Origin: Candidatus Limnocylindria bacterium | Lineage (GTDB): Bacteria; Chloroflexota; Limnocylindria; QHBO01 | Length of the DNA: 64,000 bases | Assembly (NCBI GenBank): GCA_036397815.1 | Contig: DASWIE010000030.1 | Coordinates: forward strand, 3,272 to 67,271 | Direction of reading: 5' to 3' | In this document: positions 31,185-40,761 of the stretch, in pieces | Numbering within the stretch: the first letter of the stretch is position 1 | How the letters are laid out: the number at the start of each line of letters is the position of its first letter | Notes under the pieces: generated by a model | What the model was told of the DNA's origin: nothing | The model's input: the letters and a program-made list of their open reading frames with translations, nothing else | Databases searched by the model: none | Translations under genes and position numbers: made by a program

Positions 31185-32270
31185 ATGGACCCCGGCGGAG
31201 TCGCCGGGGCCCTTTGGTATGATCGGCGAAAGACGCTCAGAGGGGCCACCCACCGGAACGTGCTCGACGCGATCAGCGATTTCCTGCAGACATACCTTCG
31301 CGGCACTTGGACGTCGCTGGTCGACATCGTGCTCGTCGCGATCGTCATCTACTGGATCTTCATCCTGATCCGCGGCACCCGAGCCGTGCGCATCGTCATC
31401 GGCCTCTCGATCCTGTACCTGATCTACCTGGTGGCGCAAGCCGCCGAGCTTCGGCTTCTCTCCACGCTGCTGCAGACGGGCGCGGTGGTCGGCCTGTTCG
31501 CGATCGTGGTCGTCTTCCAGCCGGAGCTTCGTCGCGCGCTGGAGCAGATCGGCCGCTTCGGCTCATTCAACCGCTTCTTCGTGTCGAGCGACGTGTCGGC
31601 CGCCGAGCGTGTCGCCCGTGAGATCAGCCGCGCCGCCCGGCTCCTGGCCGGATCGCGCCACGGCGCGCTGATCGTGCTGGAACGGGACACCGGCCTCCAG
31701 GACCTGGCGACCGATTCGGGCGTGCCGCTGCACGCCGACCTTCGCGCGGAGCTGCTGGCGACCATCTTCTACCACGGCACCGCCCTGCACGACGGGGCGG
31801 TGATCGTCTCCGGCGAGAAGATCATCGCTTCCGCCGTCCTCCTGCCGCTCTCGCAGAACGTGCTCGACAGTGAGCGCTACGGGACCCGCCACCGGGCGGC
31901 GATCGGCATCAGCGAGCAGACGGACGCGATCGTGGTGGTGGTCAGCGAAGAGACCGGCTCTATCAGCCTGGTGATGCGCGGCCGCATCGAGCGCAACCTC
32001 ACCGAGGAGCAGCTGCGCCGTCGCATCTTCAACCTGATCCGGCCCCAGGCGCCGCGCCAGCGCATGCCGCTCCTGCGTCGCAGCATCGAGGGGCGCTGGC
32101 AGGTCGGCCCGGAGGCCGAGATCGAGCATCCGATCGATCCCGACGCCCGAGTCGTGGTGGAGGGCCTCGACGCCGGCCTCAAGTCACCGCCCGCCCCGGC
32201 CGACGGCGAGGCACCCGCGCCCAAGCAGCCCAGCGAGCCGCCGATCGTCCCGGCCGAGCGGAGGGGCTAG
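31185..32270 (+). CDS. cdaA: Diadenylate cyclase CdaA (c-di-AMP synthase) with three N-terminal TM helices and a Pro/Ala-rich C-terminal tail
   Basis: DAC-domain hallmarks GALIVLERDTGLQDL...G.PL.A....ELL..IF..GTALHDGAVIVSGEKI.AS...LPLS.N....E.GTRHRAA.GISE.TDA.VVVVSEETGSISL. 4 nt downstream of rpsI. Confidence 0.9.
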   Translation: MDPGGVAGALWYDRRKTLRGATHRNVLDAISDFLQTYLRGTWTSLVDIVLVAIVIYWIFILIRGTRAVRIVIGLSILYLIYLVAQAAELRLLSTLLQTGAVVGLFAIVVVFQPELRRALEQIGRFGSFNRFFVSSDVSAAERVAREISRAARLLAGSRHGALIVLERDTGLQDLATDSGVPLHADLRAELLATIFYHGTALHDGAVIVSGEKIIASAVLLPLSQNVLDSERYGTRHRAAIGISEQTDAIVVVVSEETGSISLVMRGRIERNLTEEQLRRRIFNLIRPQAPRQRMPLLRRSIEGRWQVGPEAEIEHPIDPDARVVVEGLDAGLKSPPAPADGEAPAPKQPSEPPIVPAERRG

Positions 32271-33494
32271 ATGGCCTTCCTGGTCCGCAACTGGCACCTG
32301 AAGCTGGGCGCCATCACCCTGGCCACCATCCTGTACACCGGCTTCGTCTACTCGGGCTCCTTCACCGAGCGCCCGGTGGCCGGCGTTCGCGTCGACGTCG
32401 CCGGTCAGCCGAGCGACTGGGTCCGCCTCGGCCAGCTGCGGGGGGTGACGATCACCTACCGCGTGGCGTCCAACTCCGCGGCGCTGGTCCAGCCCGAATC
32501 GTTCACCGCCTCGGTCGACTTCGCCGACTACGACCCGGATCTGGCGGCCCAGCCCCAGTCGCTCCGGGTCGAAGCACGTTCGACGCTGAACGGGGTCGAC
32601 ATCCTGAGTGTCGAGCCGGAGGAAGTGACCGTCACGCTCGATCGGGTCGACACCAAGACGATCACGGTCCGCATCGATCGGGGCCCGGTGCCGGAGGGTC
32701 TGGAGATCGGCGAGCCCCAGCTGAGCGTGCGGGAGGTCACCGCGCGCGGCGCCGCATCTCTCCTGGCGCGGGTGGATCACGCCCGGGCGACGATCAGCAT
32801 CCAGCCATCGGGGATCGACGTGAATGACCAGGTGGAGCTCACCGCGGTCGACGTCAACGCCGAACCGGTCCTCTCGGTCGAGCTCGACCCGTCCAGCGTG
32901 ACAATCCAGATCGAGGTGGAGACGAACGAGACGAGCAAGACGGTCCCGGTTCGTCCGGACCTGGACGGGACGGTGGCGGCGGGCTTCGAGATCGCCTCGA
33001 TCGGCCTGGATCCGCCTGTCGTCACGCTCCGCGGGCTGCCCGATGCACTTGCCGGCGTCTCCGAGGTCGTGACCGAGCCGCTGCCGCTCGACGGATCGAC
33101 GTCGACCCTCACCCTGGAATCCGTGCTGGTGCTGCCGACCGGCACGCGGCTCTCGGAAGCGAGCCAGCCCCCGACGGTCACGATCGAGATCCGTCCGGCC
33201 ATCGTGACGCGCACCTTCCTGCTCGGCCTGGTCTGCCAGGGCGCGGACCCCGGGGTGGCATGCCTGCCGCAGCTGGAGCAGGTGTCGGTGACGCTGCGCG
33301 GGACGGCCGCCGCCCTCGACGCGCTGGACGAAGCGGACATCTCGCCGATCCTGAACGTGGCCGGCCTCGCGCCCGGCGAGCACGATATCGTCCCGACGCT
33401 GGTGCTTCCCACCGGGGTGGAGCGCGTCGCCCTGTCGCCGGTCACGGTGACGGTCGTGCTCCAGCCTCCCGCCTCGCCCAGCCCCGCTGGCTGA
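32271..33494 (+). CDS. cdaR: CdaA regulatory protein CdaR (YbbR-domain protein; N-terminal TM plus YbbR-like repeats)
   Basis: N-terminal TM (LKLGAITLATILYTGFVY) followed by repeated beta-rich modules, in the cdaA-cdaR-glmM context. ATG is adjacent to the cdaA stop. Confidence 0.8.
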   Translation: MAFLVRNWHLKLGAITLATILYTGFVYSGSFTERPVAGVRVDVAGQPSDWVRLGQLRGVTITYRVASNSAALVQPESFTASVDFADYDPDLAAQPQSLRVEARSTLNGVDILSVEPEEVTVTLDRVDTKTITVRIDRGPVPEGLEIGEPQLSVREVTARGAASLLARVDHARATISIQPSGIDVNDQVELTAVDVNAEPVLSVELDPSSVTIQIEVETNETSKTVPVRPDLDGTVAAGFEIASIGLDPPVVTLRGLPDALAGVSEVVTEPLPLDGSTSTLTLESVLVLPTGTRLSEASQPPTVTIEIRPAIVTRTFLLGLVCQGADPGVACLPQLEQVSVTLRGTAAALDALDEADISPILNVAGLAPGEHDIVPTLVLPTGVERVALSPVTVTVVLQPPASPSPAG

Positions 33495-34825
33495 TGGGTC
33501 GCCTCTTCGGTACCGATGGCATCCGTGGCGTCGCGAACGTGGATCTCAGCCCGATCCTCGCCTACGACCTGGGTCGAGCGGTGGGGTATCTGCTCGATGG
33601 GGCCGGCCGGAGCGTGGTCGTCGGCCAGGACACCCGGCGCTCGGGCGACATGCTCGTCTCGGCGCTCTCCGCCGGCCTCTCGGCGGTCGGGGCGGACGTC
33701 GTCGAGCTCGGCGTGGTCACCACGCCCTGCCTCGCCTTCGCCGCGGCGAACGGAGATCACGCGGCCGGGGTGATGGTCTCCGCCTCGCACAACCCCGCCG
33801 AGGACAATGGGCTCAAAGTCGTCTCCGGCGGGCGCAAGGTCGACGACGAGGTCGAGGAGCGGCTGGAGCGGCTCATCTTCCAGGCCGATGCGCTGCCGGG
33901 CAAGCAGAACGCCGAGCTGGGACGCATTCGACACGACTCCGCGGAGGTCGATGCCTACGCCGCGCACCTGGCGGAAGCTGCCGGTGACGCGCTCGACGGG
34001 CTGCGTATCGGGATCGACTGCGCCAATGGGTCCGCTTCCGCCATTGCCCCCGATCTCTTCCGCCGGCTCGGTGCGGAGACGACCGTCCTGTTCGCCGAGC
34101 CGGATGGCTCGAACATCAACCAGGGCTCTGGATCGACGCATCCCGAAAGGCTGGCCGCGACCGTCGTCGAGCGCGGGCTCCAGATGGGGTTCGCCTTCGA
34201 CGGCGACGCCGACCGGCTGATCGCCGTCGACGAGGCCGGGGAGATCGTCGACGGCGATGCGATCATGGCCATCTGCGCCCTGCAGCGCCTGGCGGCCGGA
34301 ACGCTGCGAAACGGGATCCTGGTTGCCACCGTCATGAGCAACGGTGGGCTGGATCGTGCGATCGAGGCGGCCGGCGGGCGCGTGCTGCGCACTCCCGTCG
34401 GCGACCGCCATGTGTTCGAGACGATGGAGCGAGCCGACGCCGTGGTCGGCGGCGAGCAGTCCGGCCACATCATCTTTCGCGACCGGGCAACCACCGGGGA
34501 CGGGATGCTGACCGCGATCGAGCTGGTCAAGGCCGTCCGCGCGAGCGAGGGCGCGACCCTCGGCGACCTGGCCGGGCGAATTTCGAGGCTTCCGCAGGTG
34601 GTGATAAACTCAGCCGTCCGTCACAAGGACTCCTGGGAGGTCGACCCGGCCTTCGCCGCCGCCGTGGTGCGCGCAGAAGTTCGCCTGGGGTCGCGCGGAC
34701 GCATCCTGGTTCGCCCTTCCGGCACGGAGCAGACGATCCGGATCATGGTCGAGGGCGACCAGCTGGACGAGATCAACGAGATCGCGCGCGAGCTGCACGA
34801 GCTGGCCCAGACGCGTCTGAACTAG
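33494..34825 (+). CDS. glmM: Phosphoglucosamine mutase
   Basis: MGRLFGTDGIRGVAN, SASHNPAEDNG.K, GDGDADR...VDE.GE.VDGD, GGEQSGHIIF. ATGA overlap with cdaR; the track ORF starts at 33260. Confidence 0.95.
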   Translation: MGRLFGTDGIRGVANVDLSPILAYDLGRAVGYLLDGAGRSVVVGQDTRRSGDMLVSALSAGLSAVGADVVELGVVTTPCLAFAAANGDHAAGVMVSASHNPAEDNGLKVVSGGRKVDDEVEERLERLIFQADALPGKQNAELGRIRHDSAEVDAYAAHLAEAAGDALDGLRIGIDCANGSASAIAPDLFRRLGAETTVLFAEPDGSNINQGSGSTHPERLAATVVERGLQMGFAFDGDADRLIAVDEAGEIVDGDAIMAICALQRLAAGTLRNGILVATVMSNGGLDRAIEAAGGRVLRTPVGDRHVFETMERADAVVGGEQSGHIIFRDRATTGDGMLTAIELVKAVRASEGATLGDLAGRISRLPQVVINSAVRHKDSWEVDPAFAAAVVRAEVRLGSRGRILVRPSGTEQTIRIMVEGDQLDEINEIARELHELAQTRLN

Positions 34826-34842
34826 GCGAAGAGGAGACCCCC

Positions 34843-36672
34843 ATGTGCGGCATCGTCGGATACGTGGGGCCGCGCGACGCCGCGCCGATCCTGCTGGAGG
34901 GCTTACGCCGCCTCGAGTATCGCGGCTACGACTCTGCCGGCATCGCGCTGCTCACCGAGGCCGGGGACGTCTTCGTCGAGAAGAAGGCCGGCAAGCTCAG
35001 CAACCTGACCGATCACCTCAACGGCGGCGCTCCGGCCGGCCATCCCGGGATCGCCCATACCCGCTGGGCGACCCACGGCCGCCCGAACGACGCGAATGCG
35101 CACCCGCACACTGACTGCGGCGGCCAGCTGGCGCTGATCCACAACGGGATCATCGAGAACTATCGCGAGATCAAGGACCGGATGCTGGCCGAAGGCCATC
35201 GGTTCACCTCCGAGACCGATACCGAGGCGCTGGCGCACCTGATCGAGAGCCGCTACACCGGTGACTTGGTCGAGGCCGTGCGCGAGGCGCTCAACGAGGT
35301 CAGGGGCGCGTACGCGATCGGCGTCATGCATACCGACCATCCCGACCGGATCGTGGGCGCCCGCATGAACGTGCCGCTGATCGTGGGCCTCGGCAACGGC
35401 GAGGGCTTCCTGGCCAGCGACGTCCCCGCCATCCTGGAGCACACCAAGAACGTCGTGATCCTGCACGAGGGCGACATCGCGGACGTCTCGCCGGATGGCG
35501 TGCGGATCATCGGCCTCGACGGCGCGGAGGTGCAGCGCGATGTGACGCGCATCCGCTGGAGCATCGAGGCGGCCGAGAAGGGCGGATTCGCGCATTTCAC
35601 GCTGAAGGAGATCTACGAGCAGCCGCACGCCATCCAGGAGGCACTGCGCGGGCGCGTGGATGCGTCCGGGATGATCACCCTGACGGAGCTGGAGCCGATC
35701 GAGCAGAAGCTTCGCGCCGCCGAACGCGTGTACGTGATCGGCTGCGGAACGGCCCGCTATGCGGGCGAAGTGGGAGCGCAGCTGATCCAGCAGTGGGCCG
35801 GGCTGCCCGCCAGCAGCCAGATCGGCAGCGAGATGCGCTACTCGCCGCCGCCGATCGACGAGCGAACGCTGGTGATCAGCGTCAGCCAATCCGGCGAGAC
35901 GGCCGACACCCTGGCGCCCCAGAAGCTGGCCGCCGAGCAGGGGGCCACGATCGTGGTGGTGACCAACGTGGTCGGCAGCGCGATCACCCGGGAGGCCGAC
36001 GCGGTCTGCTACCTGCAGGCTGGCCCGGAGGTGGCGGTCGCCTCCACCAAGGCGTTCGTCACCCAAGTGGTGGTGCTGCAGATGATCGCCCTGCACCTGG
36101 CGATGCTGCGCGGGCGCCTCACGGCGCACCAGGTGCGAACTTTCGGCCTGGGCCTGCGCGAGCTGCCGGCCCTCTCCGCCGAGGCGCTCAAGCTCGCCCC
36201 GCAGGTCAAGAAGCTGGCGCGTCGCTGGAACAGCGTGCGGAACGTGATGTACATCGGTCGTGCGCTCGGCTTTCCGATCGCGATGGAGGGAGCGCTGAAG
36301 CTGAAGGAGCTCTCATACGTCCACGCGGAGGGCTACGCCGCGGGCGAGCTGAAGCATGGCCCGATCGCGCTGCTCGATCACGACACGCCGCTGGTGGCGA
36401 TCGCGACACAGGGCTCGACCTACGAGAAGGTGGTCAGCAACATCGCCGAGGTCCGCGCCCGGGAGGCGCCCGTGGTTGCGGTTGCCACCGCCGGTGACGA
36501 GGAGATCGCGCGCTACGCGCCGGACGTGCTCTACGTCCCTGAGACCCTCGAGCAGCTCGCCCCGGTGATCGCGATCCTGCCGCTTCAGCTGCTCGCCTAC
36601 GAGGTCGCGGTGGCGCGCGGCACGGATGTCGATCAGCCGCGCAACCTGGCCAAGTCGGTCACCGTCGAGTAG
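34843..36672 (+). CDS. glmS: Glutamine--fructose-6-phosphate aminotransferase (isomerising)
   Basis: MCGIVGYVG......L..GL.RLEYRGYDSAGIA, two SIS domains, C-terminal ...DQPRNLAKSVTVE. GAGGAG RBS, 17 nt after glmM. Confidence 0.97.
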   Translation: MCGIVGYVGPRDAAPILLEGLRRLEYRGYDSAGIALLTEAGDVFVEKKAGKLSNLTDHLNGGAPAGHPGIAHTRWATHGRPNDANAHPHTDCGGQLALIHNGIIENYREIKDRMLAEGHRFTSETDTEALAHLIESRYTGDLVEAVREALNEVRGAYAIGVMHTDHPDRIVGARMNVPLIVGLGNGEGFLASDVPAILEHTKNVVILHEGDIADVSPDGVRIIGLDGAEVQRDVTRIRWSIEAAEKGGFAHFTLKEIYEQPHAIQEALRGRVDASGMITLTELEPIEQKLRAAERVYVIGCGTARYAGEVGAQLIQQWAGLPASSQIGSEMRYSPPPIDERTLVISVSQSGETADTLAPQKLAAEQGATIVVVTNVVGSAITREADAVCYLQAGPEVAVASTKAFVTQVVVLQMIALHLAMLRGRLTAHQVRTFGLGLRELPALSAEALKLAPQVKKLARRWNSVRNVMYIGRALGFPIAMEGALKLKELSYVHAEGYAAGELKHGPIALLDHDTPLVAIATQGSTYEKVVSNIAEVRAREAPVVAVATAGDEEIARYAPDVLYVPETLEQLAPVIAILPLQLLAYEVAVARGTDVDQPRNLAKSVTVE

Positions 36673-36682
36673 CGGATCGAGG

Positions 36683-37063
36683 ATGAGCCGCCACGAGATC
36701 GGCGTCGACCTCATCGACATCGACCGCATCAGCAGTGTGCTCTCGCGTCATCCGGACCGCTTCCGCGAACGGGTCCTGACCGAGGCCGAGGCACGCTACT
36801 GCGGGCGAAAGGCGGAGCGCATCGCCGGCCGCTGGGCGGCCAAGGAGGCGATCAGCAAGGTGCTCGGGCTCGGCGTGCGGGGGGTGGGCTGGCGCGAGAT
36901 CGAGATCCTGCCCAACTGGGCGGGGGCGCCGCAGGTGCGTCTCCACGCCCGGGCCGCCGCACGAGCGGCCTCGATGCAGCTCCAGGACGTGACCGTCTCG
37001 ATCTCACACGAGCGCCGCATGGCGGTCGCGGTGGCGGTCGCTCATCGCGGCGCGCCGGAGTAG
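36683..37063 (+). CDS. acpS: Holo-[acyl-carrier-protein] synthase
   Basis: GVDLIDIDRI......RFRERVLT.AE......R....AGRWAAKEA.SK.LG.G...V.WR.IEI......GAP.V.L.G.A......V.VS.SHER..AVA.A.A. ATG at 36683 (track ORF from 36626). Confidence 0.9.
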   Translation: MSRHEIGVDLIDIDRISSVLSRHPDRFRERVLTEAEARYCGRKAERIAGRWAAKEAISKVLGLGVRGVGWREIEILPNWAGAPQVRLHARAAARAASMQLQDVTVSISHERRMAVAVAVAHRGAPE

Positions 37064-37066
37064 GCC

Positions 37067-37969
37067 GTGGCCGCGCGGACGCTGACCCAGCGCTGGGTGG
37101 CCGAGCGCCTGCCCTCTCGCCCGCCGCGCGCCCACAAGGGCACCTTCGGGCGCCTGCTGGTGATCGCCGGCTCGCTCGAATACGCGGGCGCGGCGTTGCT
37201 CACCGGCCTCGGCGCGGCCCGAGCCGGCGCGGGACTCGTCTGCCTCGCCACCCCCGAATCGGTCGGCATGCGGCTGCTCGGCATCGTGCCGGAGCTCACC
37301 GCCATGCTCCTGGCCGAGGAGGCGCCCGGCCTCATCGCGCCCGGCGGCTGGCGCCGGCTGGGGGCTGAAGCGAGCACGTACGAGGCCGTGGTGGTGGGGC
37401 CCGGGCTCGGCCACCAGCCGTCGACCGTTCGTCGCGCGCGCCACCTCATCGGCGAGCTGAAGGGGCCGGCGGTGGTGGATGCGGATGGCCTGAACGCGCT
37501 GGCGGAGGCGCAGCGCTGGTGGCAGGGCCTCAGCTCCTCGCTGGTGCTGACTCCCCATCCGGGCGAGTTCGCGCGGCTCACCGGCAAGCCGGCCGATCCC
37601 GCACTGGGCGAGGATGATGAGGCGCGAGCGGCGGCGGCCGGCGAGGCGGCCATTCGCTGGGGCCAGGTCATCGTGCTCAAGGGGGCGCGGACGGTGGTGG
37701 CCGGTCCCGACGGCGAGCTGCTGCGCTCGGACGTCGCAACCCCGGCGCTGGCGACCGCCGGCAGCGGAGACGTGCTGGCCGGAGTCATCGGCGCCTTCCT
37801 GGCGGCGGGCTGCACGCCGCTGGCCGCGGCGGGCTGTGGGGTGGCAGTGCATGGGGCGGCCGGCCTGCTGGCGGAGGACCGGATCGGTCATGCCGGGGTC
37901 ATCGCCCGCGACCTCGCCGCTCTCCTGCCCGAGGCGATCGAGCAGCTGCGTGGCGGGCGCGGCTCGTGA
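37067..37969 (+). CDS. ADP-dependent (S)-NAD(P)H-hydrate dehydratase (YjeF C-terminal/Nnr2 domain only)
   Basis: HKGTFGRLLVIAGS..YAGAALL....A.RAGAG.V......., ..VDADGLN.L, .VLTPH.GEFARL, ..VLKGA.TV.A.PDG, .GSGDVLAG.IGAFLA. No N-terminal epimerase domain. Confidence 0.85.
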   Translation: MAARTLTQRWVAERLPSRPPRAHKGTFGRLLVIAGSLEYAGAALLTGLGAARAGAGLVCLATPESVGMRLLGIVPELTAMLLAEEAPGLIAPGGWRRLGAEASTYEAVVVGPGLGHQPSTVRRARHLIGELKGPAVVDADGLNALAEAQRWWQGLSSSLVLTPHPGEFARLTGKPADPALGEDDEARAAAAGEAAIRWGQVIVLKGARTVVAGPDGELLRSDVATPALATAGSGDVLAGVIGAFLAAGCTPLAAAGCGVAVHGAAGLLAEDRIGHAGVIARDLAALLPEAIEQLRGGRGS

Positions 37970-39099
37970 GCCACCCGACACTTACACGCAGCCCACACCG
38001 CGCGTGGGTCGAGGTCGACCACGCCGCGATCGTCGACAACCTGGCCGTGCTGCGGCGCCTCGCCGGCCCGGGCAAGCAGGTGATCGCGGTGGTGAAGGCC
38101 AACGCCTACGGCCACGGCGCCGTCGCGGTGGCTCACACGCTGCTCACGGCCGGAGCCGAGCGCCTGGCGGTCGCGACCCTGCCCGAGGCGCTGGAGCTGC
38201 GTGGCGCGGGCATCGACGCTCCCATCACGGTGCTGTGGGGGATCGGCGAGCCTGAGGCAGCGGCGACGGCAGCCGCCGGACTGGAGCCGATCGTGTACGA
38301 CCCTGCCGGGATCGATCGCGTCGAGCGGGCCGCGGCGGCCACCGGCGGGCGGGCATCGGTCCAGCTCAAGATCGACTCCGGGCTCGGCCGCCAGGGTGCC
38401 GACCCGGCCGATGCCGTCGAGCTCGGGCTGCGCATCGTCCGCAGCCGCCACCTGCAGCTGACCGGCACCTTCAGCCACCTGGCGATCCCCGGCGAGGACG
38501 ATGCCTACACCGACGTGCAGCTGTTGCAGCTGGCGCGGGCGCTCGATGCGATGCGATCTGCCGGGATCGATCCGGGCCTGGTCCACGTGGCGGCCACCGG
38601 AGGGATCCTGGCCGCGGCCGGGGGCTTTGCCGATGCCGTGCGCCCCGGCCTGGGGCTGTACGGGCTGGTGCCCGGCTGGGCGTCCGCCCGTGATCACGGC
38701 CTGCGCCCGGCACTGTCGTTGAAGGCCCTCCCGCTGCGCATCTTCGATCTGGCGGCCGGAGCGCCGATCGGCTATGGGCTGCGCTTCCGTGCCGAGCGCG
38801 CGACGCGGATCGCCACGCTGGGGATCGGCTACGGCGACGGCTGGCCACGTGCCCACGCCAACAATGGCCGGGTGCTCGTGCGTGGACGCCTGGCACCAAT
38901 CGTCGGGGCGATCAGCATGGACGGGATCACCGTCGATCTGGGTCAGAACGATGATGTAACCTACGACGACGAGTTCGTCCTGATCGGCGAGCAGATGGGC
39001 GCGCTCATCTCGGCCGATGAGGTCGCTGCGGAGCGACGCACCATCAACTACGAAGTGACGACCGCCCTCCGCGACCGGCTCCCTCGCCTTCACCTGTAG
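37966..39099 (+). CDS. alr: Alanine racemase
   Basis: AWVEVD..AI..N......LAG......AVVKANAYGHGAV.VA, C-terminal GRVSMD...VD. GTGA overlap with the preceding gene. Confidence 0.93.
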   Translation: MSHPTLTRSPHRAWVEVDHAAIVDNLAVLRRLAGPGKQVIAVVKANAYGHGAVAVAHTLLTAGAERLAVATLPEALELRGAGIDAPITVLWGIGEPEAAATAAAGLEPIVYDPAGIDRVERAAAATGGRASVQLKIDSGLGRQGADPADAVELGLRIVRSRHLQLTGTFSHLAIPGEDDAYTDVQLLQLARALDAMRSAGIDPGLVHVAATGGILAAAGGFADAVRPGLGLYGLVPGWASARDHGLRPALSLKALPLRIFDLAAGAPIGYGLRFRAERATRIATLGIGYGDGWPRAHANNGRVLVRGRLAPIVGAISMDGITVDLGQNDDVTYDDEFVLIGEQMGALISADEVAAERRTINYEVTTALRDRLPRLHL

Positions 39100-39144
39100 G
39101 CCGAGGCGCTCTTCGCGGAGACCGGGGCGTCGAGCGAGCGGAGA

Positions 39145-39675
39145 ATGGCTGTCCCGATGGAGATCGACGTCTGGCAGGGGGAGATCGCCGAGCTCGAGGT
39201 CGACGCCCTGATCGTGCCGGCGACCGAGAGCCTGTTCATGACGATCCCGGTCGCCCGCGCCGTGAAGCGCCGCTCGGGTGAGAGCGTGGAGCGCGACGCC
39301 GTCGAGCAGGGACCGATCGAGGCCGGATCCGCGGTGGTCACCTCCGGCGGAGACCTGGCTGCTCCCTACATCATCCACGCCGTCGCGGTTGGCCATGACA
39401 ACCGGCCCGATGCCGATCGCGTGAGACGCGCCATCCACGCGGCCTTCGAGATCGCCGCCAGGCTGGGGCTGCACCGGCTGGCGACCGCGCCGATCGGGGT
39501 CGACCGCGGGGTCTTCAGCCCCGAAGAGGGAGCGGCCCTGATGGCCGAGGTGCTCGCCTCCCGTTCGAGCTCGGGAGACTCCCTGCCATCCTCGCTGGTG
39601 GTCGCCGTCATTAGCCCGAGCGAGGCGACCGCGTATCGCGCAACCCTGGAGCCGCTGCGAACCGTGCGCCGATGA
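39145..39675 (+). CDS. Divergent macro-domain-like protein (ADP-ribose binding/processing fold)
   Basis: EVDALIVPATESL...TSGGDLAAPYIIHAVAV resembles the macro-domain core (VDAIVNAAN...GGGV...T.AG.L.AKYVIH). The NAAN and Gly-rich motifs are replaced here, so the call is tentative. Confidence 0.55.
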   Translation: MAVPMEIDVWQGEIAELEVDALIVPATESLFMTIPVARAVKRRSGESVERDAVEQGPIEAGSAVVTSGGDLAAPYIIHAVAVGHDNRPDADRVRRAIHAAFEIAARLGLHRLATAPIGVDRGVFSPEEGAALMAEVLASRSSSGDSLPSSLVVAVISPSEATAYRATLEPLRTVRR

Positions 39676-39917
39676 CGGTCGACGGCACCGCCGACCTCGC
39701 GGCCGAGATCCGGCGCCGTGGCCTGGCTGCGCCGGCGCGCCTGCTGCTCGAGGCACATCGGCCCCTGCAGCCGCTGCTCGGTGACCTCGCCACCTTCGTC
39801 AGCCCGCTGCTCAGGCCGCTCCTGGGTGGCCGCGCGTCGCTGCTTGGCGCGGCATTCGGCGACGACAGCGCGATCGACCGCCTGATCGAGCAGCTCGCCG
39901 ACGCGGACGATGACTAG
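39672..39917 (+). CDS. Hypothetical 81-aa protein with an acidic C-terminus (..LADADDD)
   Basis: ATGA overlap with the upstream gene and 0-nt junction with the next. No recognisable family. Confidence 0.45.
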   Translation: MTVDGTADLAAEIRRRGLAAPARLLLEAHRPLQPLLGDLATFVSPLLRPLLGGRASLLGAAFGDDSAIDRLIEQLADADDD

Positions 39918-40760
39918 ATGCCGAACCTCGGCGAGCTGATCGGCAGCCTGGTAGCCCTGATCGGCTCGCAGGTCGCGGCATCCTCGCTGCGGCTCGGGCC
40001 ATTGCCGGCGGTGACCATCTTCTCCGTCGGGCTGGTGCTCCTCTCGCTGGTGGCTCGCCCGGCGACCCGCTGGACGACCCGCGACCTGGGTCGGCTGGCC
40101 GGGATCCCGCGCGCCATGGCCCTCGCCGCCGAGTCCGGCGCGGCGGCCGGCTTCTCCCTGGGGACGGCCGGCGTCGCGCGAGCCACATCGGCCTTCGATC
40201 GGATGCAGACGCTGGCCGCGTTACCGATCCTGGGTTTCGTCGCCCGCGCCGCGGCCAGCGCCGGTGTGCCGCTGCAGGTCACCGCGAACGATCCGGTAAC
40301 GGTCCATCTCGCCGAGGCGGTGTTGGCGGAGGCACATCGGTCCACCCAGACCCCGGAGCGAGCCGAGCGCTCCGGAGCGCAGTACCTGGGCGAAGGTCGC
40401 CCCGCGGTCGCCGGCATGACCCTGGCCGACCCATCCAGGCCAGAAGCCACCTTCGTCGCCGGCGGTCTGGCCGAGGAGTCGCTGCTCCTGTTCGAGGGAA
40501 CCCTGCCCGGCGCCTCCTGGACGAGCGTCGGCACTGCCGCCGCCTCCCAGGCTGCATCGGTACTGCTCACGGCAGAGGGAGCGCTCATCGGTCCGGAGCT
40601 CTACCAGGCTTCGAGCGATCTGCGGGCGGCGGGCCACGACCGCACGGGCGTGCTCGCCTCGAACCGGCTCATCCTGGCGGTCATCGCGGTCCTGGTCATC
40701 GGTTCCGCCTTGGCCCTTGCCGCTGGAGTCGACCTGGCCGGGCCCCTGGCAGGGCGCTGA
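39918..40760 (+). CDS. Hypothetical polytopic membrane protein (280 aa)
   Basis: Several hydrophobic helices at both termini (IGSLVALIGSQVAA, VTIFSVGLVLLSLVA, LILAVIAVLVIGSALALAAG). Its stop is contiguous with the next start. Confidence 0.55.
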   Translation: MPNLGELIGSLVALIGSQVAASSLRLGPLPAVTIFSVGLVLLSLVARPATRWTTRDLGRLAGIPRAMALAAESGAAAGFSLGTAGVARATSAFDRMQTLAALPILGFVARAAASAGVPLQVTANDPVTVHLAEAVLAEAHRSTQTPERAERSGAQYLGEGRPAVAGMTLADPSRPEATFVAGGLAEESLLLFEGTLPGASWTSVGTAAASQAASVLLTAEGALIGPELYQASSDLRAAGHDRTGVLASNRLILAVIAVLVIGSALALAAGVDLAGPLAGR

Positions 40761-40761
40761 G

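Noticed and set aside
34826-34842. Expected glmS ribozyme upstream of glmS
   Set aside because: Only 17 nt separate glmM and glmS (with a GAGGAG RBS), so there is no room for the roughly 170-nt ribozyme. It is absent here.
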